Below are positions 12,978 through 25,390 of a stretch of DNA of 64,000 bases, piece by piece. The first letter of the stretch is position 1. Each line of letters opens with the position of its first letter. The notes under the pieces were generated by a model. That model worked only from the letters and a program-made list of their open reading frames with translations. It did not search any database and had not been told where the DNA came from. Source of the stretch: Oikopleura dioica. Its lineage: Eukaryota > Animalia > Chordata. Location: the NCBI GenBank assembly GCA_907165135.1, contig OU015566.1:11408001-11472000 (forward strand), written 5' to 3'. Both the position numbers and the translations under genes were made by a program.

Positions 12978-14783
12978 TTAGCTTGAATTCCCGTGCAAAT
13001 GCGCAGTTATAGATGGCTTCTCGGCTTTGTCTGACTGTTCTGGGTCTGATTTAAATTTGCTGATTTGCAGGCTGCGTGGTAAATAGTTGATGGCGTCGGC
13101 CGAATCGGCCAGGATGAAATTTACAGTCAGGAAGAGTCTGGGCGGCGATTTGTTTAGCGAGCCTTTGTACCAGTCGTAGTAGACCATTTGTTCTTGGTCG
13201 GTTTCGAGTTGATAGTATTTCCAACCCGAGTTGTAGGCGAGTTCCATGCTTTCGTCGTCTTTCTCGGCGAAAACGCGAATTTTGCTAGGCATTTCGTGAG
13301 AGTGAGGTAGAGAGTCAAGAGAACTTACCAAATAAGAGAGCGAAGTCTTTTCATGGAAACTGAAGTGCTAACTTCTTGTTTGCTACAGTTTCTATTGATG
13401 TGAAGGGATCTGCGTTTGTGATTGTACTGCATAACAAGATCAAATCCGAAGTTGTAGCCGGTCCATCGCCAGCAAAAGTCTTTAGAGCGGTCTAAGATCC
13501 TTCCACAGCGCATCGAACCTTGTATAAGCGAAGTAAGAGTACTATCTGGCGGAGAACTGCTACAAGAAGACGCGATCTTGTCATATTCTTGGAGACGGTC
13601 ACAAACAAGAGATGAAGGGCCTTCGTCGCTCGCACTTTCAACTCTGAGCATTCTCAGGTATTGGTTTCTGTACTCGTTAGAGATCCAAGACTTCGGAATG
13701 ACGTTATCGTTCTCAAGATTCGTGGCGCCTTTGAAATCGGTCAGGATATACGAAAAACGAAGCTTTTTGAACGGCGCTTGGTAATCGGACGAAAGCTGCG
13801 AAAGGAGACTTCCATCGTTTTTCCCGAGCTCTTTACGCAAACGCTTGAGTCGTTCATTGGTGTCTTTTACTGAGGTTGTTTCTGGGTCGAGTTGGAGAAT
13901 GAGCCACTTTTTCAGAAGCTGGTAGAGGTCAGTTTCGACTTGGATGACGATTAAGTTTGGAGACCCGATGATTCTTGACATGAGAGCAGGCTCGATTCCT
14001 CGGAGCATTTCTATATTCTACGAAGAGGATTTTAAGAATTGGTGATATAAGAGAGGACTTACAGGGTCTGGACTGTTCTCGAGCATGAGGTTGTATTCAA
14101 GCCATTTTATACACGCGGTTTCGAGCTCTGGGAGTCCGTACATCTGGGCAGCGTTGTGATAAGAAATTACAGTAGAAGACCCGAGATTTGCTAGATTGTT
14201 ATAATGAAAATATGGGCTAAAAGTATTCACCTTTCATCTCAGTATTCAATAAATCGCAGAGCCCTTGATGCTGCAAGAAAGTCGCAGCAGCTAAAACATT
14301 CACTGCTCGCGACGCGTCAATGTCGATCTCGTCACAGTAAAGAGATCCGAGGGCTTGATGCAACGCATCTGGGTCGACGTTTTCGTCGGGGATCTCTAGG
14401 TCAAGCTCGGTCAATTCTTTGCCGTTTCGGGTCCAACGTGAGAGCAAGGCATCTATGAATTAATTTGGAGAATCAAAGTGAGCTATTTACCGAAGTATTG
14501 CGATTGTTTTAAATAAAACTTGTGCAACTTCCAAGACTTGTTCATGAAATGAACAACAATGTCCGAATCCTCTCCGTTTTCAAAGAGATTATTGAAGATA
14601 TAGTTCGAAGTCGAGAGCATTTTGCTCTTTTTTAGCGGGAGTTCTTCTTCATTATTTTCCTCATCTCGGTTGTTGGAGTGTTTTCTTTTCCGAGACGCTT
14701 TCTTTGATGGGCTGTTTCCGGAGCCTGGCACGAGGCCCCAGACTCGCCCGAGCCCATTCGACAAGTAGCCCCAAATTTTGAAT
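12978..14783 (-). CDS. GMCL1: Germ cell-less BTB/BACK protein (5' end unresolved)
   Basis: RKRK...KKSKMLSTSNYIFNNLFENGEDSDI, WKLHKFYLKQSQYF, LEIPDENVD, MRCGR, FCWRWTGYNFGFDL, YQLETDQEQ. Confidence 0.92.
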
Positions 14784-15036
14784 CTAAAAAATATTGATTT
14801 GAAAAATGGGTTAAATTTTAACCTAAATCATCAAAAACCTTCTTCACGGTTTTGGCAGTAGGATAGGTCAGCACAAGGTTCAAACGAAAATAGCCCAGAG
14901 AAAAGAACAGATACTAATAAAAGGAGGATAATGTTCAAAATTCGTTCTAGAAGAAAGTTTTACTCAGGGGTAAATGTTGCTTTCGAGGGATGATTTCGAA
15001 TGATTGCACAGATGATTTTTATGAGAAGGTATTCAT

Positions 15037-16470
15037 TCACGAGTCTGATTTTGATTCAGAAGAGGCGGCGAAAGTGACGGGTACTTGACCATCTTCGTTT
15101 ATTTGCGATTCAGCCTAAAATCATTTTGCCAATACTGGGGGAGAGGAGGTCCTTTCGCTTCATTTTATTCTCTTACTAACTAAAATTGGAAAATGTCTAT
15201 CAGGAACTGGTAAGATACCGATTTTACTGTATTCTTTTTCATAGACAAGTCATAATTCAAAAATCCCTGTATCCCCATTTATCCGTTACATAACATAGAG
15301 TCAGCTGTTATTATGCAATCACCTGTTCGAGCGCCACTTTGGCCTGTTCATCTGTCATGTATCCCGTGTTGATCAGATTCTGATAGTACGCTTTCAATTG
15401 CTCCGGCGTGAAATAGTGCGTCTCTGTGCCTAAAAAAGGGTTGAATACGTATTCTTCCAATTTTAAATTTAAACTTTAATCATCGGCCCATTGTGATTGC
15501 AAGGGGTCCTCTCAAGGGATCGCTCGAGCCCTATGGGAGTTTATGAAGACACTTACCATCACCCTCTTTTTTAGGCTCGTCCTTGTCGCCTCTGATCTCT
15601 TTTTCCAACTTTTCGCAGCGCTTGTTTGCATGGTCAAGTTTGGATTTGAGCGTCATAATTTGTGCTTCACAAGAAAGAATTAACAAAAGAAAATTTAGCA
15701 AGAGGTACACCTTGTAGACCTTCGGTTTCGTCGTCGAGGCTGAGAACGAACTTTTCGGATTCGATTTGGTTCTTTTTGAGCTCGGCAATTTGCTTGTCCT
15801 GCTGTGCGATCCGCGTCTCGAGTTGCTTTGTCTCTCCCGTTGAAAGCTGGCTTCCGAGGTCTTGGTTCTCCTAAAACCCGCTTTAACGCCCTCTTATAAC
15901 GAAGAGAAATTACCTGGATCAATGTTCTGCATCTGGACATGAGCTTTTTGCCGGTCTGCGAGTCTGGCGTGAATTTACAAGCGGCTAGTTCAGACTGCGC
16001 GAGGTCGAGCTTTTCTTTTGTCTCTTTGAGTTCTGTTCGCATTTTTTGATACATGTAGTTTATTGCCGGGTCAAGCATCGTTTTTCTCAGAGTTGGTGTT
16101 TGTGCCTAAGAAAAAATGAAAGAGGACGTTCCAGCACTCACCAGTTTGCAATTGCCAGAATGATTTTGATTACCTGTAGTTTTTTATAATTGACAGCGAC
16201 CGCAGCTACGTCCTGAAGCTCCTGCTCTCTTGCCGATAATCTCAGGACGAGAACGTTCTCGCGTCTTTGCGCCTCTGTCAGCTGCTTTTTCATCGCTTCT
16301 TCTTTCTCATCCACGTCGTGTAAATAACTAGATCTTCCTTCAACTAGCTTCCAATGGTCACTTTACCTTTCTAATTGTTGATATGCCTGCCAAAGCTCAT
16401 TTCTGGACATAGAATCAAAATCCCTTTCGGTCAATCTTGGTCTGTCCTCGCCTCGATCCGCGACCGTCAT
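15037..16470 (-). CDS. WTAP: WTAP / FL(2)D, m6A methyltransferase complex subunit
   Basis: RRENVLVLRLSAREQE, MLDPAINYMYQKMRTEL, KFTPDSQTGKKLMSRCRTLIQ. The 3' end is either 15037 (extra exon) or 15311 (read-through EQVIA*). Confidence 0.92.
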
Positions 16471-16521
16471 TTTATTTCCGAACTACTGAAAGACTCTTGA
16501 TTACAACTTCGCTCCGTTGGT

Positions 16522-17065
16522 TCATTCGTGTTTTATTCGCCCTGCCCAAGATGCAATTTTAGGCCAAATACAAGTTCGAATATGCAGATCAAGTGAGTGA
16601 GTGCTCTTGTCAACGAGGGATTCAGATTTTATTGTACAAAAGTCAACCCTGACAAGGAGCTTGTAGCTCGTTTCAGAGCTGGTTATGGAAAAAGGAATAC
16701 CGATTCCTTTGAAAACTGTTCGGGCAGTGAGGGTTTTATTTAAACTGTCAGGTGTACAGTTGTCCCAGAGGACGTTTGGGAAGGAATCTTTTTCTTCTGA
16801 AGCGACTACTGATTCGTGGGAGATCATTTGCAAGAAAAAGTCAGCGAGGTCTTCGGATTCAAAATAAAAGTGATCGAGCAGCTTTTGGTTTTCAAGAATG
16901 TCTTCGTTTTTCAATGGGAATGGATACAGTTTCTAACAATTAGAATTCGAAACGATTTTCATTGATCGGAAGTACCTTGAATTCAGCTTCTTCTTTTTCT
17001 ATTTGAGCTGCTATAATCTTTTTGTACTTGTCTTTATCAGAAGAATTCAAAGAGTCCCAGTTCAT
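16522..17065 (-). CDS. Uncharacterised ~165-aa protein, 2 exons
   Basis: ttcag-ag-ATG start MNWDSLNSSDKDKYKKIIAAQIEKEEAEFK, a short GT-AG intron, then in frame into ORF 16522-16914. No family recognised. Confidence 0.65.
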
Positions 17066-17264
17066 CTCTGAATAGAAAAGTACATTATTATCTTTTGAAT
17101 TATCGCTAATCAGTATTTTCGAAAATTGATTGGACAGGGACTTGGTTCAAAGAAAGACTAGAGCTTACTGAATAAATAAGAACATTTTACATGTAATAAA
17201 GCGAAGACCATTTTTGATTTTCAATTGCCGGTGCTTTAGATTGACGCTGCAAGGATTGAGAAAA

Positions 17265-18004
17265 TTAGGCAGAAGCAGCGGAGAAACGAGAGCCAGCATC
17301 TTCCCAGTTGGCGACGTTCCAGAACTGATTGACGTAGTCTGGTCGAACGTTTTTGTACTGAAGGTAATACGCGTGCTCCCAGACGTCGATGCCAATAATA
17401 GGGATTAAACCAGTAGTAGCCTTAATCAACAGTTATTAATCAGCTAAAATGGCTCGCTGTACCTCAAGAGGATCCTGGTTAGCGCAAGTAGCGACCTGAA
17501 GTCGACCAGCTTCCTTGTTGTATCCGAGCCATCCCCAGCCAGAGCCTTGAACGGCAACAGTGGCTTGAGACATTTTAGCCTGGAAAGCGGCGAAGGAACC
17601 GAAGTCCCGCTGGATGGCCTCAGCAAGGGGCCCTTCTGGCTCGCCACCACCGTTGGGAGACATGTTCTGAAGAATGTACAGTAGTTACAATAGTCGGATA
17701 GGAAGTGGTTTGTTTGTTTGCTTACCTGCCAGAAGATAGTGTGGTTGACATGGCCGCCACCATTGAACTTGATCGCATTGGCGAGCTGAACGCACTTGGT
17801 GACATCGCCCTTGGAAGATGCTTCTTGGAGAGCTTCGTTGGCGACGTTCAAGTTGTTGACGTAGGTAGCGTGGTGCTTGGAGTGATGGAGCTCCATGATG
17901 TCAGCGGAGATGTAGGGCTCAAGAGCATGGTATTCGTATGGAAGCTCGGGGAGAGTGGCTTTGGTTCGGCGGCCGAGAACGCTAAGGACTCGAGTTCGCA
18001 TCAT
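17265..18004 (-). CDS. SOD2: Mitochondrial Mn superoxide dismutase
   Basis: Arg-rich presequence, [66 protein letters not shown]. Confidence 0.98.
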
Positions 18005-18108
18005 TTTTTTTCTGAAAAAGGAATGGGATATCGGTTCAGAATCGTAAGAAGAGGTTTGATTACAGTTTGAACAGTGTCGCGAATAAGTTAAAAGAGTTTT
18101 GTTGAATT

Positions 18109-19883
18109 TCAGGATCGGTAGAGGCAGATCGAAGTTGAAAGATTGCGGCCCATCAGCGAGCAGTATCGCTGTATTATTTTCAGATCTTCTTCTTCAAAGT
18201 CTTCTTTGCGCACAGGAAATTTTTTAGTTTCATCTAGATATTCCTGCCATGATAGCACTTCTCGCTGATATAGCACCTTTGGACCAACGCTAAAGGAAAT
18301 CTATCATTTTGAAAATGATAGAGGGCCTTACCCGTTGAGAATTAAGTTTATAGGTAAATCGAAGGAGCGGCGGTCTTTTATGTTTTCATCGGAGAGGCGA
18401 GAGTGAGAGTCTTTGTCGAGCAGATCACAGATGGATTTTGTTATGGGCATCCATTCGAATGATTTGGGACAGGCGAGATATGAGGGTCGGAAGTTTCTTT
18501 TGTAACGCATCTTTTTACAGCTAAAATTTGCTTTGAAGAAACGTTTGTTATTACACCTTTACCTTTGAATATAATATCCCATGTAATACCACTCAAAGCC
18601 ATAAAAGCGAGATAAATATATTTCAACGAGGGCTGAATATGTTCCAAGATTGAGAAACTCATATTCTGTGTCGTAGTAGAAATAGACCGAGGAGATACAG
18701 TTCGTTAAGAAGTCAAGCACGCCAACAGCAATTAATTTGCCTAAAAATTGGCTTACAGGGTGTGAAGAACAAGGCTATTTACAGTCAGGAAAAATTTACG
18801 CTGATAGGAATGACTCTAAATGTTTGATAGCATAAACATAATTTTATGATTTGAGAGTCATTTTAAAGCACACATAATTAGACAACATTCACAGGAGCAT
18901 TATAGCCTATAATTTATAGGTAATGCATTGAAATGAATCAGACAATAATTCACCGAAAATATTTAAAATATTCTTACCATTTAATCGATACTGACAGTGA
19001 TAAAGACCAAGCGGGAGTCCAGAATGATGTCCACTTGGTTCTCCTTTTTCTCTGAAGGGGTTATCTAATAAAAATCGTTTCCATTGCTTTTTTGTTACGT
19101 CATTTGGGTCATCTTTGTGGATTGACACCTGGTACTTTTTATAAACTCCGTGGCTCTCATGTTGCGTTTCAAAATCTCGATCGCTGCCTATGTACACCAA
19201 TTCAATTTCTAACGAGTTTTCAGCACCAGCAAGAGTAAAAGTCATTTCATTTTTTCGCTTCAGCACGAGCCCTTCTTCCAACCTCTGTTCTATAAGCTTC
19301 GGTGGATCTCGCAATACACCTTTATGCACGGGCAGGCCTTTCAGCATTCGCCTCAACTGGCGTTTATGTCTCGATTTTTCACTTCCTTCGAGCTCTTCTT
19401 GTTTCCGCAGCTCGTATATTTGAGAATTATTCGACTCCTCCGATTTTCCGTCTTTAGCAGCTGTCCTCGTTGATTCCATTTCTTTTTGTTTTGTTTGTTT
19501 GGACTGGCAAGTTTTGTTGAGGTGTTTTTGCATGTTAAAAAGGGCTGATTTGTGCGACTTGGAGAAATGGTAGTTTTCGACGTCGCAACGAATGGTCAAT
19601 TGTGGACAGCAGGTTTTGACACTGTCCGGTTTGTAAATGTACTTGCCGGAACGGCGCCAACCGCGATCAATTAATTCCTGGTAGTCTTTAAAAGGGTTAA
19701 CCACAGCCTCCTACAGTAGTTATAGGCTCGGTTTAAAGTTGAGGTTATCCCTTACTCTGACGGAGATACCAAATGACCCCAAATGCCATCGCTCAGACTT
19801 CCTTTGTTTTTACAATACCCGCATCGGTGAGGATCACCGTCCAATTTCGATACCCATTCCACTATACTCAAATATCTGGACAT
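18109..19883 (-). CDS. ATE1: Arginyl-tRNA--protein transferase 1
   Basis: [23 protein letters not shown]...[38 protein letters not shown]. Confidence 0.95.
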
Positions 19884-20984
19884 TCTAAAATCTCTGTTGA
19901 AATCAACAAGGACTAACTTTTTTAGCGCTCTGAATTACTGCTTGATTTTGAGCTCAAAGAAATTAAGTTGGATGGGTAATTATTACGATGTCGATGATGA
20001 TGTTGGTTACTCAATTTGTTACGACAGAATTAGTACGATTTTCACTGCGAATTAAATAAAAAAAATAGTATGTAGATATGCACTTGGACAGGAGATTATG
20101 ATTTTAATGATTATAAATTATAATTAACAAGTTATATTTCCTCTTTGAGAATTTTATGCGGAAACATGTATTTATATATCAGAGAAGAAATCAATTGATA
20201 TGAAGAATATTTGATGCAGATTCATATGTAGGATTTGACAGGAACAAAATTAAATTAATCAAGGTGGGGACTATCAAAAGCTGATTCTTTTTGCACCCAA
20301 GGAATTCTACAAAGAATAGTCTAGTATTATTATTGCTAAGAGTGATAGATCTAAAGTGTCTTGAGGTCGCTGCTCCAACTTCTCTAACCTAGTCGTTAGC
20401 GTTATGTTGCCTCTGAAACTTCTCAAATTTCTCTTGAAACACAGACTGAACGCAGCGAAAATGGGGCAGCGCCTCCCGATCTCTATCAGATCTAACGGCG
20501 ACTCACTGACAAAAGGCTACTGTAAGTGGATGATTAGAACGGCATGGATCTTCTTGGCCGTAAAAAATGCGCTTGTTGATATTTTCCTGCATAAAATGAG
20601 AGTGCTGAACTTCGGGATACTTTTTAATTTTCTTATTATTATTATTCATTTTGTATATTGAAGAGAAAGTATTCTAATAAAAATATGTTACAGAGAGAAA
20701 GAATAAGTCAGTCAGAGTCAGATATTTGCACTGGAAGAGATTATCTGGTCTGAAATCATGACTGTAACAATAGCAAAGTTGAACAATAGTAAATACTGTA
20801 TGTTTGAATAAAAGGATAAGAAGGAAAATATGAAAGTAGTTCGCAGCTAGAAATAGGTTTGAATCATCTCATGATATACTGTTTTGAAAATGGCAAAATG
20901 TAATACAGTAAAACTGTATGTTCTTCTTTAGTTGTTAAATATATATTATGTGATCAATCAATGTGAAGGAGGGACGAAGCGTTT

Positions 20985-22137
20985 TTAGTCCTCGAGTGCG
21001 CCGTGGCCTCGCTTGTCTCCCTTGTTTCGCTCAGCATCGAGTGCCTTCTTGGTTTCGTCTTCGATTCGGCGAATGTCTTCCATTGTCATACCGTACCAGC
21101 CGGTAGTTCCTTCACCGTGTGGTCCTTGCCAGCAAAACACCTGAAGAATGATTAGTCAGACATAAAGCCGCCTTCGATTTACCTGTCGGTGGAAAAGAGT
21201 AAATATTCTACGCTGCGCCTTGTGAATATAGTTTTCAACGCGTCCTTGCAGACCGAGCCACTTGAATCTGCATGAAACCAATTTATAACAAGTCTAAAAC
21301 GCAAAATTTAAAATTAATCGACGAATAAAGTGCTTTACCATATGAACTGGAACTTCAGTCTTTTCTTTTCTTCCAGCTTTAATTTCCTCGCACATTTTTC
21401 GAAGATCAGTTAGCCAAGTTTTTGTTAGTGGACCACGTCCGGATTCAGCATGGGCATATGTTCTAAAGTAGCCAGTTAAAGGCTTTTCGCTTGAGATAGA
21501 CTTACAAGGGATCAAGCTTGGGATCATTGTCAGCAGAGCTGAGTGCCGGGTCCGGATTGCAAATGTCAATCTTGACGACTTCGACTTTTTTCCAGTCTGA
21601 GGCGCTGAGCTCGTGAATATTTTCCGTTGTTCCGTCGTCGTTAGCATGAATTGTTAGCAGCTCGATGAAAAAAGCGTCTTTCATGTATCCGGGATTTGTA
21701 ACTAGAAAATGGGATTTAGAAAACGAAGAAGATTGGAGTAGTCTACGTACTGACAGTTTTGCAATAAGGGTATCCATTCCAAGCCTGCTCGTCAATTGTA
21801 AGGGATCCTTTCGGGGCAATCATTTTGATAAAAGCAGGAACTCGGGATTCAAGATGGAAAAGCTTGTGAGTGAATTGACCGGCACGGCCTTTTGAGTTTT
21901 TGGATTGAGGATCTTCAGCGGTGTACGGCTCATTTTTGAGGACTTCTACTCCTTCTCCTCCTCCGGTTTCGTTCTAAATGTCCATAAAGTCTTGTTAACG
22001 ATAAGGGCCAATATGTAGGGGTAGGGAATATGTGGGGCCCTTACCTTTGAACTTTCAGCAACTGAGTAAAGCTGGGCGACTCTATATTCATCCAAAGTAA
22101 TGGGCAGCGTAATTCTATATTCTTTTGTGATCGTCAT
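20985..22137 (-). CDS. PITPNA: Class I phosphatidylinositol transfer protein (PITP alpha/beta-like)
   Basis: [60 protein letters not shown]|[18 protein letters not shown]. Alpha versus beta not resolvable. Confidence 0.92.
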
Positions 22138-23389
22138 CTCACGATTTTCTTTGCCTAGTAAGGTCGCTCAAAGACCTTTTCTCTTTTTCTGAAGTTGAGT
22201 TTTTGAATAATTTTTCAATCTTTTAGGAAATTGTAACTGACGCAAGTTAAGAAAACGGCAAGGAGATCTTACGTCTGGAAAATAGCGCCGACATGACTTG
22301 GCATGGGTGAGTCATGAGATCCGTGTGTCTTGAGACAATAAAAGCAGAATGTGCGCAGAATCATGGGGACATACCATGATTTACGGCTGAAGGGTGCGTA
22401 AGTTTACGCTCTTGCGACGAAAACGTTTCTTGTTTTATAATTATCCCGTGTCTCGAAATCTTAGGGAATTTCTTTATTGAACTGAATGTCTGTATTTAGT
22501 TTTTTTAGACATTGGTTTTGAAGACACCCAAACTTAGAGAGCTACTTGCCGTTTTAAACCTATTTTGTGAAAAAATAAAACTCATATTATTTGAATTGTT
22601 AAAAATGCAGGTTCTATGTGAATGGCAGGTTGATTGAATAACTTGTGTGAAAGAAAAAAATCCTAAATGATACAGCTTCGTGAAATATTTGTGGAAAAAG
22701 GCTCGGCCTGATGATTTTTCAGCTCTTTGAAGATTTCGTGCTGGCAAAGTAAGCGGAGATAGGCGCTGATTCTCTTGGTGATGTTTTGTTCGATCCGGAG
22801 GAAGGGGTGAAATACTTTTTGGGATTTTGAATTTGAAATTTTGAAGTGAAAAAAGTGCAGCTTCCGCTCTTTCAAGTTGCTATTGATACTAAATGTAGGT
22901 ATATTTGCATAAGTAGACACACGCAGATCACGTAATTTGGAAATCGGTAGGAATATTTATTTCAATTATTGACGGATTGGGGCGTCAAAATGAGGGCGTA
23001 ATGATTTCATATTTTAGAGTTTCCGATTAATAATCGGCGATTATAGAAAATAATTTTTATAAAAAAAAACCATTAAAAACTATGAAAACATTGCAATAAC
23101 ATATGAAACAGCTTAAACCCTTTCAATCGAATACTGATGCTCATAGCTAGAGCATAAAATACAGGTTCTGATTTTTTTAATTTTTTGAATGAAGAAATAG
23201 GCTCTCTAATTTACTTCTGTAAATGCGCTTCCTCGAGAGCTCTGAAGCTCGTTATTTACCTTTCACATTGTTATTAAATAGCGACTTGAGAAAATTTGGA
23301 AGTCAATTTGGGTGTAATTTGCGCGGCGCTGAAAAAATCGCGAAACAACGCTTCGCTCAAAATATTCGAAAATCCATTCCTTTGGGTCG

Positions 23390-25198
23390 ATGGAAGAAGC
23401 AGTCGTCGTCCTGAAAGATCACAATGAAGAAGACGAAAATAACAACAACGATAAAGAGAAATCCAGCTCTAATGGCCCGGCGAAGGAGGTGAGAAAGAAC
23501 TGTCAAAATTCAAGCGCACGGCCAACAAAATTGATTTAAATTATCATAAAAGGTGTTCAACGTGGAAATCTCTACGATGCGGATCTCAGACGGAAAGAGG
23601 CAGAAAAGAGAGAAGCAAAGACTGTGGCTAAAAAGACCAATGACTGCGCGGTTGGTTTTTCATGGAAAAAATTCGGAAAGGAAAATGGTTATTTTGGAGG
23701 GAAGAGCCCCTGCACAAGGAATCGAGGAACTCCTTATAATTATTTGCACTAGAATTAGGAACAACTTGTTCTCAATAATGACCCTTGACCTTGAGCGACG
23801 AAAGACGGGACTCGCTTGGTAAAAGTCCGTCAGTCGACAATCAGTACTCATGACATCGATTTCGTGGATGAAAAGAGGCGAGTTCAGACAATTAGTTGAG
23901 CCACCATCCGTCTGATTGCCACTGACTTTATTTACAGGGAGGTCACGTGCCCGTGTCTACTCGGTCAGGAAGCACTTTTCGAAATGGTCAACGATCAAAA
24001 CGAAGATGAAGATGGGACTATCGCGCCGGGGACAAGGGTTGTCGCCAATACTTTCTCTCCAGTAGGTAAATTTTAAAGAACACAAACTGTCCCTATTTAA
24101 ATGTAATCAATTAAACCAAAAAATTAAGCCTTTGGAGAGACAGCACTCGAAAGAAGTGGCGGCAGATGGGCAGGAACGTGGGGCACGCATGCGCTGCTTA
24201 CTTCTGAAAGCTTTCTAGTACAAATTCCAGAAGGCCTGTCCGAATTCGCCGCTACTACGGCACATACGATGGCCTTGGCCTGGGCAGCATGCAGGTAAAA
24301 ATTGACCATTAAAAGGGTAGCTTTAATTATTTAACAAAGACGCGTTCAGTTGGCTTGAAATCAATCAATAAAATGACCAAGTGAATTGAGAATTAACCTT
24401 TATCTTCTGAACAATTTTCTTTTCAGGGACATTTTGGAACGGGACGAGCCAGCTACAATCGTCGTTCAAGGTTCCCTTCTATCTCTCTGTTCAAAAGTAT
24501 CACTTTGACTTATTTACTGTTAGGCGCCGGATTACTTGGCCTTTACTGTTGCGCAATACTCAGTCGCCATGCGTTCAGTGTTTTCTGCACAGGTTTGAAA
24601 AACCGTTAACATCAATCAAAAACATAATGGGGCCATTTTTAAAAGAAAAATCGTCCAAGCGGTTGCGACTTGTTACTGAATTTGGTGGGGTTCCACTACA
24701 TCCTAGTTTGGCTGGACCAATTGATTCAAAAGCGAGTACTGTGATTGAATGCTGTGGGGATAGCCTAGCTCCGTCTCAGGTAAATAAGAAAGGTAGTCTT
24801 CCTTGATTTCATTTCGTATTTGAAATAACTGACCTCTTTTAACCTGCAGGCTTACAACTGGATGGGCACTGGTTCACGCTACATCATAATGGGTCTCTCT
24901 GGTTCAGCGGAGAAGATTTCACTCAGTGGCGCGCAGATAATCAAAAAAGGGATCACGCTTATGGGAGTAGACCGCTACACGTAAGTTAAATATTCCTCCA
25001 ATCGATAATATCTTCATAATACTGTTTCTCTTTAGTAACGAAGATCTTGCCTCGGCGGTTGAATTTTTATCGCTGAATCAAAGTCGATACCCGTGGCATA
25101 AATTGGCAGGACCGAATTTCGACCTGCATGAGTGGGAAAGTGCATTCAGGAAATGGCAAATGACTAACTTTGACTCGAGTGAAAAGAAAAGGAAATGA
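23390..25198 (+). CDS. Medium-chain dehydrogenase/reductase (zinc-ADH fold) with degenerate zinc ligands
   Basis: Spliced: LVKVRQSTISTHD, PCLLGQEA, PGTRVVAN, GTWGTHALL, VVQG|AGLLGL (GxGxxG), VIECCG, GVDRY|TNEDLASAVEFL...YPW. Confidence 0.75.
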
Positions 25199-25390
25199 CA
25201 GTTAGTCAATTGTTAAAAGTACCGTACGGACGGGAGACTACTACCGATCAGTTTTTAGACCTTTAGGAAAAGTTCAAAAATAAGCCGGAGTTTGTTACTC
25301 TCAGCAATATCATTGAAACTTCAAATAAGCTGAAATCACAGAAAGAACCGCCAGTGCCACTGCCCTGGCTCTAGAAAAAGAAAACGCTCT

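Noticed and set aside
20404-20661. 85-aa plus ORF in the AT-rich ATE1-PITP spacer
   Set aside because: TTG start, no recognisable motif or consistent exon chain. A GC-richer core could be an exon or ncRNA but could not be supported.
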